A stretch of DNA of 64,000 nucleotides from Oscillospiraceae bacterium (GCA_025758045.1 CP107208.1:753298-817297), one strand, 5' to 3'. Shown: positions 37,036 through 46,031, numbered from the stretch's first letter. A program made the numbers and translations. The notes: generated by a model not told the origin, from the letters alone.

Positions 37036-37629
37036 TCAGGCAGCCACAGTCAGCTGCCGGATCGGGGTGCCGTTGTAATAACAGCGGGCGTAGATCCGCT
37101 CGCACTTTTTATAGCGGTCAAAGGCTTTTTGGGCGGCGGCGGGGTCGGTGTAGACCTTCCAGTAGCCGCAGGCCGTAAAGTTTTTGCCGCGATTCTGAAT
37201 GAAGCCGATGACATCTGCCAGCGGGTAGCCCAGGAACACGCCGATCTCGTGGGGAAAGTCCTCCTCACAGCAAAGCCGCTGGGAGAGCTGTGCCAGCATC
37301 GATTCAGCATTGCCGGGGGTGTAGCCCTCGCTTTGCAGAAAGTCCTGCACGTCGCCGCGCTGCAAGATGGCAGCCACCTGGGTGGGGCGGTACACATAGA
37401 CCAGCACCGCGCCGGTTACGGGACAGGCTTTCAGCACACGGACGGTCACACCGCGGGGTGCCAGCAGGGCGTGCCAGGCCACCGCCATAGCCGTACCATC
37501 CTGGCCGGAGGCCGGCTGGTAACGGAAGAGGCTGGCGGGCTTGAGGCCTGCCAGGGTAGGCGCGCAGATCGTAGCAAGATCGCAGGCAAAGCTGCGGGGG
37601 CTGACCGTGACGTGAGTGGGGGCAGGCAT
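37036..37629 (-). CDS. DUF3793-family protein
   Basis: FPHEIGVFLGYPLADVIGFI..GYWKVY matches the DUF3793 pattern. I chose the ATG at 37627-37629, which has an AAAGGAG RBS. Confidence 0.7.
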   Translation of the reverse strand: MPAPTHVTVSPRSFACDLATICAPTLAGLKPASLFRYQPASGQDGTAMAVAWHALLAPRGVTVRVLKACPVTGAVLVYVYRPTQVAAILQRGDVQDFLQSEGYTPGNAESMLAQLSQRLCCEEDFPHEIGVFLGYPLADVIGFIQNRGKNFTACGYWKVYTDPAAAQKAFDRYKKCERIYARCYYNGTPIRQLTVAA

Positions 37630-37655
37630 AGGCTCGGCTCCTTTAAAGCGCATTA

Positions 37656-37671
37656 GTTAGTTTTTACTAAC
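37656..37671. promoter_or_regulatory. Operator-like palindrome GTTAGT-TTTT-ACTAAC (5' UTR of DUF3793-flavodoxin operon)
   Basis: Perfect 6-4-6 inverted repeat, extendable to 8-4-8 (37654-37673). Confidence 0.5.
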
Positions 37672-37759
37672 TACAACCCCCATAAAACCGCACAGCACGG
37701 GGAGAGAGCCGCACTGTGCGGGCTATGGTTGCAGGAGATTCATTGTAAGGGGGTCATAG

Positions 37760-37775
37760 GTTAGTTTTAACTAAC
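37760..37775. promoter_or_regulatory. Operator-like palindrome GTTAGT-TTTA-ACTAAC at transcription start region
   Basis: It has the same half-sites as 37656-37671 and lies 6 nt downstream of the -10 hexamer. Confidence 0.5.
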
Positions 37776-37781
37776 GATGAT

Positions 37782-37810
37782 ACTATACCATGCCGCTAGG
37801 GTTTTGTCAA
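37782..37810 (-). promoter_or_regulatory. Promoter of DUF3793-flavodoxin operon
   Basis: On the minus strand: TTGACA (37805-37810), 17-nt spacer, TATAGT (37782-37787). Confidence 0.6.
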
Positions 37811-37857
37811 CAGGTTTGGGAAAGATTTTTTCCGCATTTTTTGCAGCATAAAAACAG

Positions 37858-37890
37858 GAAAGAGGAACCTTTCAGCAGGCTCCTCTTTTG
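37858..37890 (-). terminator. Terminator downstream of pentapeptide-repeat gene
   Basis: AGAGGAACC / GGCTCCTCT stem with a U-rich tail on the minus strand. Confidence 0.5.
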
Positions 37891-37901
37891 CTCTAAGTTC
37901 G

Positions 37902-37945
37902 ATTAAAATTCTTTTCGCTTACCTTTTCTCATAAGAAAAGGTAAG
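37902..37945 (-). repeat. Post-stop hairpin module, copy 2
   Basis: 12-bp stem CTTACCTTTTCT / AGAAAAGGTAAG that abuts the stop codon, plus the tail CGAAAAGAATTTTAAT on the minus strand. Confidence 0.5.
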
Positions 37946-38524
37946 TTATTCGATGACCAGCCCAAACCCGTTCAGCAGTGCGATCACATCCGGGAAGCTG
38001 AACCGCGCACCTTTCATCTGGTTGTCACTGGGGTCGATGCGGTAGCCGGTGGCCTCGCGGAAATCCGCCTTTTGCAGGTCGCATCGGCTGAACGCTGTGC
38101 TGCTCAGGGCCACGCCGCGGAAATCCGCGCCCGCCAGTTTGCAATCGTCAAACACGCAGTCGCCAAAGGTACATTTACTGAAATCAAACTGCTTCAGCGC
38201 CATGCCGGAAAACTCATTGTAGCGGAACTCGCACTGCTCGGCCCTGCCAAAGGGCTGCACCAGGGCACTGCGTCCCTGCAGGCCGCCCCAAGCAATGGAC
38301 CGGAAGGCACAGTGCAGCAGCCAGGCGTCGCTCATCTGGCAAAAGCTGAACACCACGTCGCTCCAGGCACAGCGGTCGAAGGTGCAGCCGAGAAAGCTGC
38401 ACGCCGTAATGCGCGCACCGCTCCAGCGGCAGTTGATAAACGTGCAGTCGTTGAACTCGGCATCATGCAGAAAATCCGGCGCTACATTGTCAAAGGTTTC
38501 GCCCTGGTAATACTGCTTAGCCAC
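37946..38524 (-). CDS. Pentapeptide-repeat protein (Qnr/MfpA-like size and architecture)
   Basis: 192 aa of A(D/N)LXX-type repeats (CTFINCRWSGARITACSFLGCTFDRCAWS...). Confidence 0.85.
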   Translation of the reverse strand: MAKQYYQGETFDNVAPDFLHDAEFNDCTFINCRWSGARITACSFLGCTFDRCAWSDVVFSFCQMSDAWLLHCAFRSIAWGGLQGRSALVQPFGRAEQCEFRYNEFSGMALKQFDFSKCTFGDCVFDDCKLAGADFRGVALSSTAFSRCDLQKADFREATGYRIDPSDNQMKGARFSFPDVIALLNGFGLVIE

Positions 38525-39629
38525 GGCGCACCGCCTTTTTCAGGCGGACCCACACCGCGTAAGCCAGCAGCGGCAGCGCAAGGCCGGCCGCCGTGTAGGC
38601 CACCCACCAGGCCCCGCCGGTAAAGTAGATGGGGAATGCCGCCAGCAGATAGCTCTCGCCGCCAGTGGCCAGCAGGCCCAGCCAGGTGACGGGCTTGAAC
38701 GCCAGGAAATGCAAGATCACAATGGGCATCGTGGCGCGCCCCAGTGCGCTGAAAGCGCCGCTCACTGCGGGCACGCGCGCCAGCAGGTGGGCACCCTCAT
38801 ACACCAGCATCCAGCCCGCCAGGCTGGCCGCCAGCAGGTAGAGCGGGCCGGGGTAGCTGTTGCCCGCCAGGCCTACGCTGCCGAACTGCCCCAGCACCAG
38901 CAGCACCACAAAGGCCCCGGCGCAGCACAGCGCTCCGCGCGCCGGGCCATGGGGATGCTGCACCTGGTGTAGTACAACACCCAAGTAAAACAGGCAGTAG
39001 CAGCTGGCCGCAATGCCCAGGCCCCAGACGTTCCAGCCAATGCGCTGGGCCTGCCAGCCGAGCCAGAGCAGCACGCCGGCAAGCAGCCCTTGCGGGATCA
39101 GCGTATCGCCGCTGCGCAGCAGTTTTTTCAACAAAAACTCTACGCCCGCATACAATAGAGATATCTGGAACAGCGCCTGAATGAACCACATAGCGCCGCC
39201 CAGCTGGGTGCCGCCGTCAAAAACGCTCCAGTGGGCTGTGCGGCCGATAATGTCCTTGATGGTCACCGGCGTGGTGATAAGGTTGCCGGGCAGATCGAGG
39301 ATACGCTCGTCCCCTGTCAGGATGTTTACTTTTAAAAACAGGTTGGTCAGCAGGGTGTACACCGTGTTGGCCGCCACAAAGGGCAGCCACAGCGTGACCA
39401 CCTTGCGCTTGGCAAAGCGGGCCAGCCGATGGGCGCTTTCGCCCGTGTGGGGAGAGAAAAACCACCCGCTGAGCATAAAAAAGAGCGCCATGTGGAATAA
39501 ATAGATAAAGCTGGAACCGGGGAACCCCGCGTGCCCCAGCACCATCAGCACAATGCCGATGCCGCGCATACTGTCCAGCACAGGGTCGCGCTGTTTGGCC
39601 ATAGCAAAGCCTTCTTTCTTGTTATTCAT
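38517..39629 (-). CDS. Acyltransferase family 3 membrane protein
   Basis: About 10 TM helices, with an N-terminal RDPVLDSMRGIGIVLMVLGH motif. The start is uncertain: 39629 or the ATG at 39602. Confidence 0.75.
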   Translation of the reverse strand: MNNKKEGFAMAKQRDPVLDSMRGIGIVLMVLGHAGFPGSSFIYLFHMALFFMLSGWFFSPHTGESAHRLARFAKRKVVTLWLPFVAANTVYTLLTNLFLKVNILTGDERILDLPGNLITTPVTIKDIIGRTAHWSVFDGGTQLGGAMWFIQALFQISLLYAGVEFLLKKLLRSGDTLIPQGLLAGVLLWLGWQAQRIGWNVWGLGIAASCYCLFYLGVVLHQVQHPHGPARGALCCAGAFVVLLVLGQFGSVGLAGNSYPGPLYLLAASLAGWMLVYEGAHLLARVPAVSGAFSALGRATMPIVILHFLAFKPVTWLGLLATGGESYLLAAFPIYFTGGAWWVAYTAAGLALPLLAYAVWVRLKKAVRRG

Positions 39630-40002
39630 CCGCAGGCTTGGCCGCGCGGCACTTGGGGCACAGGTAGTGGATGGTCAATGTATAGCCGCGCACCTCGGTG
39701 CCGATGGCCGCCTCCACCTCCCGCATCAGGCCCACTACCGGCAGGTCCGCCAGGTGGCCGCAGCCGTCGCACAGCAGGTGGCCGTGGGGGCTGGGGTTGT
39801 AATCGTACCGGTCGGGGCCGCCGGGCATTTCCAGGTGGCCGATCTCACCGTCCAGCTCCATCATCTTTAAGTTGCGGTACACCGTGCCACGGGCAATGTG
39901 GGGCATCCGCAGCCGGGCCTCATTAAACAGCTCGTCCGCCGTCAGGTGCTGGGGGCTTTTCTCGCGCATGATGTCTAAGATCAGGGCGCGTTGACGGGTC
40001 AT
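39622..40002 (-). CDS. Fur-family transcriptional regulator (PerR-like)
   Basis: Winged-helix N-terminus and the metal sites HGHLLCDGCG and CPKC. It is divergent from rubrerythrin. The start ATG at 40000-40002 has an AAAGGAG RBS. Confidence 0.85.
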   Translation of the reverse strand: MTRQRALILDIMREKSPQHLTADELFNEARLRMPHIARGTVYRNLKMMELDGEIGHLEMPGGPDRYDYNPSPHGHLLCDGCGHLADLPVVGLMREVEAAIGTEVRGYTLTIHYLCPKCRAAKPADE

Positions 40003-40021
40003 GGAAAGCACTCCTTTCAAA

Positions 40022-40038
40022 TTAAGATTTCATCTTAA
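40022..40038. promoter_or_regulatory. Palindrome TTAAGAT-TTC-ATCTTAA (candidate Fur/PerR-type operator)
   Basis: Perfect 7-3-7 inverted repeat, 20 nt upstream of the regulator's start codon. Confidence 0.4.
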
Positions 40039-40112
40039 ATATACAATACACGAAAGCCGCGCCGCTGTCAAGCTTTGTGCAAAGCAACCAATAATTATTC
40101 CTGAAATTTGGC

Positions 40113-40140
40113 TTGACAAGCCCCGAAAATTCGGTATAAT
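40113..40140 (+). promoter_or_regulatory. Rubrerythrin promoter
   Basis: TTGACA (40113-40118), 16-nt spacer, TATAAT (40135-40140). The palindrome AATAATTATT lies at 40090-40099, just upstream. Confidence 0.6.
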
Positions 40141-40199
40141 AGAAGCAAATCAAGACAAATTCCTAAAAATTAAAAAATATTATAAACGGAGGCAATACT

Positions 40200-40742
40200 A
40201 TGGAACTGAGAGGCAGCAAGACAGAGAAAAACCTGTGGGAGGCTTTCGCTGGTGAAAGCCAGGCCCGCAACAAGTACACCTTCTTCGCATCCAAGGCAAA
40301 AAAAGAGGGCTATGAGCAGCTGGCCGCGATTTTTACCGAAACCGCCAACAACGAGAAAGAGCACGCCAAGATCTGGTTCAAACTGCTGATGGAAAACGGC
40401 GAGATTCCCGACACCCTGACCTGCCTGAAGATGGCCGCCGCCGGCGAGAACGAGGAGCATACCTCGATGTACCCGCGCATGGCCGCCGAAGCCAAGGAAG
40501 AGGGCTTTACCCAGATCGCCGCGCTGTTCACGATGGTGGCCGCTATCGAGAAGGACCACGAGGAACGCTACAAGCAGTTGGCCGCCAATATCGAGGCCGG
40601 CAAGGTCTACGCCCGCGAGACCGAGCAGGTCTGGCAGTGCCGCAACTGCGGTTACACCTATATCGGCCAGCACGCCCCACTCAAGTGCCCGGTATGCGCC
40701 CATCCCCAGAGCTATTTTGAGCTGAAGAGCAAGAACTACTAA
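40200..40742 (+). CDS. rbr: Rubrerythrin
   Basis: Diiron ferritin-like domain (EAFAGESQARNKY, EKEHAKIW) plus a C-terminal rubredoxin-type CRNCG..CPVC. Confidence 0.95.
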   Translation: MELRGSKTEKNLWEAFAGESQARNKYTFFASKAKKEGYEQLAAIFTETANNEKEHAKIWFKLLMENGEIPDTLTCLKMAAAGENEEHTSMYPRMAAEAKEEGFTQIAALFTMVAAIEKDHEERYKQLAANIEAGKVYARETEQVWQCRNCGYTYIGQHAPLKCPVCAHPQSYFELKSKNY

Positions 40743-40764
40743 GCTATCCCCTGCCCGCAAACAG

Positions 40765-40797
40765 AAAGAGGAGCCTGACAGCAGGCTCCTCTTTTTT
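40765..40797. terminator. Bidirectional terminator between rbr and the ABC permease gene
   Basis: GAGGAGCCTG-ACAG-CAGGCTCCTC flanked by AAA and TTTTTT. Confidence 0.75.
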
Positions 40798-40809
40798 GCA
40801 TGCAATGTT

Positions 40810-41802
40810 TCAGCGTTCCTCTCGGAAGTAAGGCAGACCCAGGTGTGCGGGGGGCTGGTCCTCTTTCTTTTTGCGCATGGAAACGGCGATCAGCACCAGC
40901 ACGGTGACGACGTAGGGCAGCATCTGCACCAGGTCGGTCATGTAGCTGGCCAGCGTGATGCCCAGCAGCGTGGGCAGGAACTGATACAGCCAGTACAGCA
41001 TGCCGAACAGGTAGGCACCCCAGATGGCGTTGAGCGGCTTCCAGGTAGTAAAGATGACCAGCGCCACGGCCAGCCAGCCCAAAGCTTCGATCTGGCCGGT
41101 GGTAGCCCAGATGCCCTGGTTGTAGTCCAGCACGTAGTACAGGCCGCCGATGCCGCAGATGCCTGCGCCGATACAGGTGGACAGATACTTGTACAGTGTA
41201 ACGTTGATGCCGGCGGCGTCCGCGGTGGCGGGGTTCTCGCCCACAGCGCGCAGGTTCAGACCCGCGCGGGTGCGGGTGAGGAACCAGTGCATGGCCACCG
41301 CCAGCACGATGGCGGCGTACACCAGAAAGCCGTAGGAGAAGATGACCTGCCCCACGGTGCCCAGACCCGACAGCACCGGGATCTTGGCGGCGAAGGCCTT
41401 GTTGGCAACAGGGGCAGCAGAGTAGCTGGCACCGTCCAGGATAAAGACACCGAAGAAGTTGGCCACGCCCTTGCCGAAAGTGGTCAGCGCCAGGCCGGTG
41501 ACGTTCTGGTTGGCGCGCAGGGAGATGGTCAGGAAGGCGTAGATCAGGCCGCCCAGCATCGAGGCTGCAATGGCGCAGAGCGTGGCGATCAGGATGCTGA
41601 CCAGCCCGTTAGGGTTGGCGGCGGTGTTCTCATAGGCCCAGGCGCTGGCAAAACCGGCAAAGCCGCCCAAGTACATAATGCCGGGCACGCCCAGATTCAG
41701 GTTGCCGGATTTCTCGGTCACGGTCTCGCCCAATGCGCCGTACATAATGATGGTGCCAAAGGGGATAGCGCGCATGATCCATGCAATTAAACTGCTGTGC
41801 AT
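40810..41802 (-). CDS. ABC transporter permease (BMP/nucleoside family, second permease)
   Basis: Polytopic; it begins MHSSLIAWIMRAIPFGTIIMYGALGE. I trimmed the start to the ATG at 41800-41802, next to the upstream gene's stop. Confidence 0.85.
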   Translation of the reverse strand: MHSSLIAWIMRAIPFGTIIMYGALGETVTEKSGNLNLGVPGIMYLGGFAGFASAWAYENTAANPNGLVSILIATLCAIAASMLGGLIYAFLTISLRANQNVTGLALTTFGKGVANFFGVFILDGASYSAAPVANKAFAAKIPVLSGLGTVGQVIFSYGFLVYAAIVLAVAMHWFLTRTRAGLNLRAVGENPATADAAGINVTLYKYLSTCIGAGICGIGGLYYVLDYNQGIWATTGQIEALGWLAVALVIFTTWKPLNAIWGAYLFGMLYWLYQFLPTLLGITLASYMTDLVQMLPYVVTVLVLIAVSMRKKKEDQPPAHLGLPYFREER

Positions 41803-41803
41803 A

Positions 41804-42907
41804 TCACTTGCCCTCCTTATGTGCGCCGCGCAGGATGAGGCGGTAGTTGATGAAGAATTCACTGCCCAAAATGAAGAACAGGATGATGCCGGTGATGATG
41901 TCGGCGGCATACTCATTCAGCGAGTAGGCCGAAGCGATCTCGGATGCGCCGCGCTCCAAAAAGACGAGCAGGAAGGAGATCAGCGCCATATAGAAGGTGT
42001 TGAACTTGGCCAGCCAGGCCACGATGATGGCCGTAAAGCCGCGGCCGCCTGCCGAGGTGGTGGCAATGGTCTGGTCCTTACCGGCGACGATGAGGAAGCC
42101 GCACAGGCCGCAGACCGCGCCGGAGATGAGCATGGTGCGCACCGTAACGCGGCGGACATTGATGCCGGCATAGCGGGCCGTATTCTCGCTTTCGCCCACA
42201 ACGCTGATCTCATAGCCCTGCTTGGAGAACTTGAGGTAGGCATACATGGCAAAGGTCAGCACGATGACGACGATGATGTTGATGGTGTAGCGCTGGCCCA
42301 TAATGATGGGGAACCAGCCTGCCTTGGTAGCCTTGTTCAGGGTGCCCAGGCTGGAGGCCTGGCCGCGCATGATGTTGGTCATGCAGGCAACAATGCTCGT
42401 GGCAACGTAGTTCATCATCAGGGTGAACAGCGTCTCGTTGGTACCCCAGCGGGACTTGAACCAGGCGGGCACAAAGCCCCACAGCGCACCGGCGGCCATA
42501 CTGCCGATGGCCATAGTCGCAAACAACACCGGAGTGGGCAGGTTGTTGCCCTGGTAGACCATGACCAGCGCGGCGATCAGGCCGCCGATCAGGATCTGAC
42601 CTTCGCCGCCGCAGTTCCAAAAGCGCATCTTAAAGGCAGGCGCCAGCGCGATGCCGACGCACAGCAGGATGGACAGGTCGCGCAGCATCCAGCTGAAGCG
42701 GGTCATGTTGGCAAAGGTGCCGCCCCACATAACGCCGTAGACGGCCAGCGGGTTCAGACCGGTGACGAAGTAGATAAACAGCGCATCTACGACCAATGCC
42801 AGCAAAATGGCAATGGCACGCACCGCGATCTTCTGGGGCATCGTAGTGCCCTCGCGCTTGGCAATACGCAGCAGCGGTTCACGCACTGCGGTACTGGACT
42901 GACTCAT
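41804..42907 (-). CDS. ABC transporter permease (BMP/nucleoside family, first permease)
   Basis: Polytopic membrane protein. The start overlaps the ATPase gene's stop. Confidence 0.85.
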   Translation of the reverse strand: MSQSSTAVREPLLRIAKREGTTMPQKIAVRAIAILLALVVDALFIYFVTGLNPLAVYGVMWGGTFANMTRFSWMLRDLSILLCVGIALAPAFKMRFWNCGGEGQILIGGLIAALVMVYQGNNLPTPVLFATMAIGSMAAGALWGFVPAWFKSRWGTNETLFTLMMNYVATSIVACMTNIMRGQASSLGTLNKATKAGWFPIIMGQRYTINIIVVIVLTFAMYAYLKFSKQGYEISVVGESENTARYAGINVRRVTVRTMLISGAVCGLCGFLIVAGKDQTIATTSAGGRGFTAIIVAWLAKFNTFYMALISFLLVFLERGASEIASAYSLNEYAADIITGIILFFILGSEFFINYRLILRGAHKEGK

Positions 42908-44442
42908 GCCTTAACCTCCTTTACCAGATTGGTCATGCGGTTGCCGACTTCCTCCTTGGTGGTCTTGCGGCCATCCAGGATGCCGTTGACCTTGCCGCCG
43001 CAAAGCACGACGATGCGGTCGCACAGCTCCAGCAGCACGTCCAGGTCCTCGCCCACATAGATGACGGCGACGCCTTTTTTCTTCTGCTCGTTCAGCAGGT
43101 GGTAGATCGTGTAGGAGGTGTTGATGTCCAGGCCGCGCACGGCGTAGGCGGTCATCAGCACAATGGGGTCGGCGGCCAGTTCACGGCCGACCAGCACCTT
43201 CTGCACGTTGCCGCCGGACAGGCGGGAGACCGGGGTGTTCAAATCCGGCGTTACAACGTTCAGCTCTTTTTTAATAGTCTCGGCCAGGTCGTGGGGAGCC
43301 TTACGGTCCACGATGGGCGAATGGCCCTTGCCGTAACTTTTCAGCATCATGTTATCGGTCATGCCCATGGAGCCGACCAGACCCATGCCCAAGCGGTCCT
43401 CCGGCACGAAGGACAGGTGGATGCCTGCCTCCCGGATGGCCTTGGGGCTTTTGCCGATGAGCTGCACCGGGGCGGAAGCGTCGGGAGCGTAATACTCCAC
43501 GCTGGCGCCGCGCTGGGTGGGCTGCAATCCGGCGATGGCCTCCAGCAGTTCCTTCTGGCCGTTGCCGGAGATACCGGCGATGCCCAAGATTTCGCCGCCG
43601 TACACATCAAAGCTGGCGTCGTCCAGCACGGTGATGCCGTCGGCGCTGCGGACGGTCAGGTGCTGGATGTCCAGGCGCTTGACCGGGTTCACGGGTTCGG
43701 GGCGCTCGATGTTCAGTTCCACTTTTTCACCCACCATCATGGCGGTCAGGGTGGCTTCGTCAGCGTCCCTGGTGGCAATATCTCCCACATACTCACCCTT
43801 GCGCAGGATGGCCACGCGGTCGCTGATGGCCAGCACCTCGTGCAGTTTGTGGGTGATGATGATGACGGCCTTGCCGTCGGCTTTCATGTTGCGGATGACC
43901 GTGAAGAGGCGCTCGGTCTCCTGGGGGGTCAGCACGGCGGTGGGCTCGTCCAGGATCAGGATGTCCGCACCGCGGTACAGCACCTTGACGATCTCCAGCG
44001 TCTGCTTCTGGCTGACGCTCATCTCGTAGACTTTCTGGTCCAGATCCAGGGCAAACTGGTATTTTTCGCAGATGGCGCGGGCTTTTTCGTGGACCTTTTT
44101 CAGGTCGAACCTGCCGCCGCCCATGGAAAGGGCGATGTTTTCGGTGGCGGTAAACACATCCACCAGTTTGAAGTGCTGGTGGATCATGCCGATGCCCAGA
44201 TCCAGCGCATCGCGGGGGGATCGGATGGTAACAGCCTTGTCCCCCACGTAGATCTCGCCCTCATCGGGGTAGTAGATGCCGGCGATCATGTTCATCAGGG
44301 TCGTCTTGCCGCTGCCGTTTTCCCCCAGCAGGGCCAGGATCTCGCCCCGGCGCACGCTCAGCGAGACATCCTTGTTAGCCACCACAGGGCCAAAGGTCTT
44401 GGTGACGTGCTGCAAACGCACGGCGTATTCGGTCTGCGCCAT
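42904..44442 (-). CDS. ABC transporter ATP-binding protein with duplicated NBDs
   Basis: Two NBDs (GENGSGKTT, ILILDEPT; LSGGNVQK). I chose the ATG at 44440-44442, which has a GAGAGGAG RBS. Confidence 0.9.
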   Translation of the reverse strand: MAQTEYAVRLQHVTKTFGPVVANKDVSLSVRRGEILALLGENGSGKTTLMNMIAGIYYPDEGEIYVGDKAVTIRSPRDALDLGIGMIHQHFKLVDVFTATENIALSMGGGRFDLKKVHEKARAICEKYQFALDLDQKVYEMSVSQKQTLEIVKVLYRGADILILDEPTAVLTPQETERLFTVIRNMKADGKAVIIITHKLHEVLAISDRVAILRKGEYVGDIATRDADEATLTAMMVGEKVELNIERPEPVNPVKRLDIQHLTVRSADGITVLDDASFDVYGGEILGIAGISGNGQKELLEAIAGLQPTQRGASVEYYAPDASAPVQLIGKSPKAIREAGIHLSFVPEDRLGMGLVGSMGMTDNMMLKSYGKGHSPIVDRKAPHDLAETIKKELNVVTPDLNTPVSRLSGGNVQKVLVGRELAADPIVLMTAYAVRGLDINTSYTIYHLLNEQKKKGVAVIYVGEDLDVLLELCDRIVVLCGGKVNGILDGRKTTKEEVGNRMTNLVKEVKA

Positions 44443-44575
44443 TCTGCAGGCTCCTCTCACAGGTTATTTTTTCAGAGTTATTTGAGTTATTTAAAGGAAG
44501 AAACATTTTATAAAACCACCAAAAGGGAAGGCTGCGGATTTGCCGCAGTCTTCCCTCTTGGGTACCTGTCAGCGA

Positions 44576-45898
44576 TCAGGCAACAGGGTCAGCATCTTCG
44601 ATGATGCCGTCAATGCGCAGGGAGAAAGTGGGGGCTGCGCGCAGCTCGCCCTCATGGAAGTAACCGTCGGAGATAGCCTCCTTGGTCTCGCCCTGGTAGA
44701 CAGCAACGGGAGAACCGGTGCTGTAATCATAGTAGGTCAGGTCAACAGGAGCGGTGGTAACAGTCTCGCCGCCAACGGTGAACTTGCTGGTGTCGAAGAC
44801 ATGCAGGCTGCCGTCTTTCAGAGCAGCCTCGACCTCAGCGACCTTCTCGGCGGTGCCGTCAGCGCACTCGGGGCCAAGGTCGGTGATGGCAACAGCGCCA
44901 TCCTCGTAGCCCTTGCACCAATCCTGCGGGATGCTGCCAGCCTGGGCGCCCTCGAACAGTTCTTTGTAGTAGACCTTCCAGACGTTGGTGGCGGAGGTCA
45001 GGGCAGCGGTGGGAGCGGTTGCCAGCATATCGATGTTGTAACCGATGGAGTAGCAGATCTTGCCGGAATCCTTCAGCTTCTGGGTAGCGGCGGGAGCACC
45101 GGTGGAGTCTGCGTGCTGGCCGATGATGACAGCGCCGTTGGCGATCAGAGCCTCAGCGGCAGCGCCCTCCTTGTCGATGTCGAACCAGGAGTTGGTGTAC
45201 ATGACTTCCATCTCAACATCGGGGTAAACGCTCTGGACACCCAGGAAGAAAGCGGTGTAGCCGGAGACAACCTCGGCGTAGTTGTAAGCGCCGACGTAGC
45301 CGATCTTGACCTTGCCGTCAGCGGTGAAGCTGTCGGGCTGGGTCTCGGGGGTCAGGGTGCCGGACTCGACCAGCTCCTTAACCTTCATGCCAGCGACAAC
45401 GCCGGAGACATAGCGGCTCTGGTAAACAGCGGTGAACGCATTGTAGAAGTTATCGAGGTCGGAGTTGGCGGCGAAGTCGCCGGTCATGGCCACGAAGTTG
45501 ACATCGGGGTACTTCTCGGCTTCCTCGACCATGTAGGTCTGGTGGCCGTAGGAGTTGGAGATGATCAGGTTGCAGCCCTGGCCGACCAGGTCCTCGGCGG
45601 CGTCAGCAGTCTTGCCGCCCTCAGGGATCTTGTACTTCCAGACGATCTGGTCGTCGCTCATGCCCAGCTCAGCAGCGGCTTCCTTGATACCATTGATGTG
45701 CGCGGCGCTGTAGCCCTCGGTCTCATCGCCCAGGATGATGGCGCCGACTTTGACGTCGGGTGCCTGGTTATCGCTGCTGCCCTCAGCAGTAGCGGTGGTA
45801 CCGGCGGCGCTGCTGGCAGCAGTGTCAGCGGTGGAACCACAGGCAGCCAGGCTGAACACCATAGAGGCGGCCAGCAGAATACCCATCAGTTTCTTCAT
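44576..45898 (-). CDS. BMP-family ABC transporter substrate-binding lipoprotein
   Basis: Lipobox signal peptide (MKKLMGILLAASMVFSLAAC) and a PnrA/Med-like body. Confidence 0.9.
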   Translation of the reverse strand: MKKLMGILLAASMVFSLAACGSTADTAASSAAGTTATAEGSSDNQAPDVKVGAIILGDETEGYSAAHINGIKEAAAELGMSDDQIVWKYKIPEGGKTADAAEDLVGQGCNLIISNSYGHQTYMVEEAEKYPDVNFVAMTGDFAANSDLDNFYNAFTAVYQSRYVSGVVAGMKVKELVESGTLTPETQPDSFTADGKVKIGYVGAYNYAEVVSGYTAFFLGVQSVYPDVEMEVMYTNSWFDIDKEGAAAEALIANGAVIIGQHADSTGAPAATQKLKDSGKICYSIGYNIDMLATAPTAALTSATNVWKVYYKELFEGAQAGSIPQDWCKGYEDGAVAITDLGPECADGTAEKVAEVEAALKDGSLHVFDTSKFTVGGETVTTAPVDLTYYDYSTGSPVAVYQGETKEAISDGYFHEGELRAAPTFSLRIDGIIEDADPVA

Positions 45899-46002
45899 GT
45901 GTGTTGTTCCTCCCTGTTATGTGTGCATAAAAACGGCAAAAATGCGTCGATTCTTCCTGACTTTTGCCGGGGAGTGACGCATTTCGTTACTTTGCAAGAC
46001 CC

Positions 46003-46031
46003 ATTGTAACCACTTTACAAACGCTTTGCAA
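46003..46031 (-). promoter_or_regulatory. Putative promoter of BMP transporter operon
   Basis: On the minus strand: TTGCAA (46026-46031), 17-nt spacer, TACAAT (46003-46008). Confidence 0.45.
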
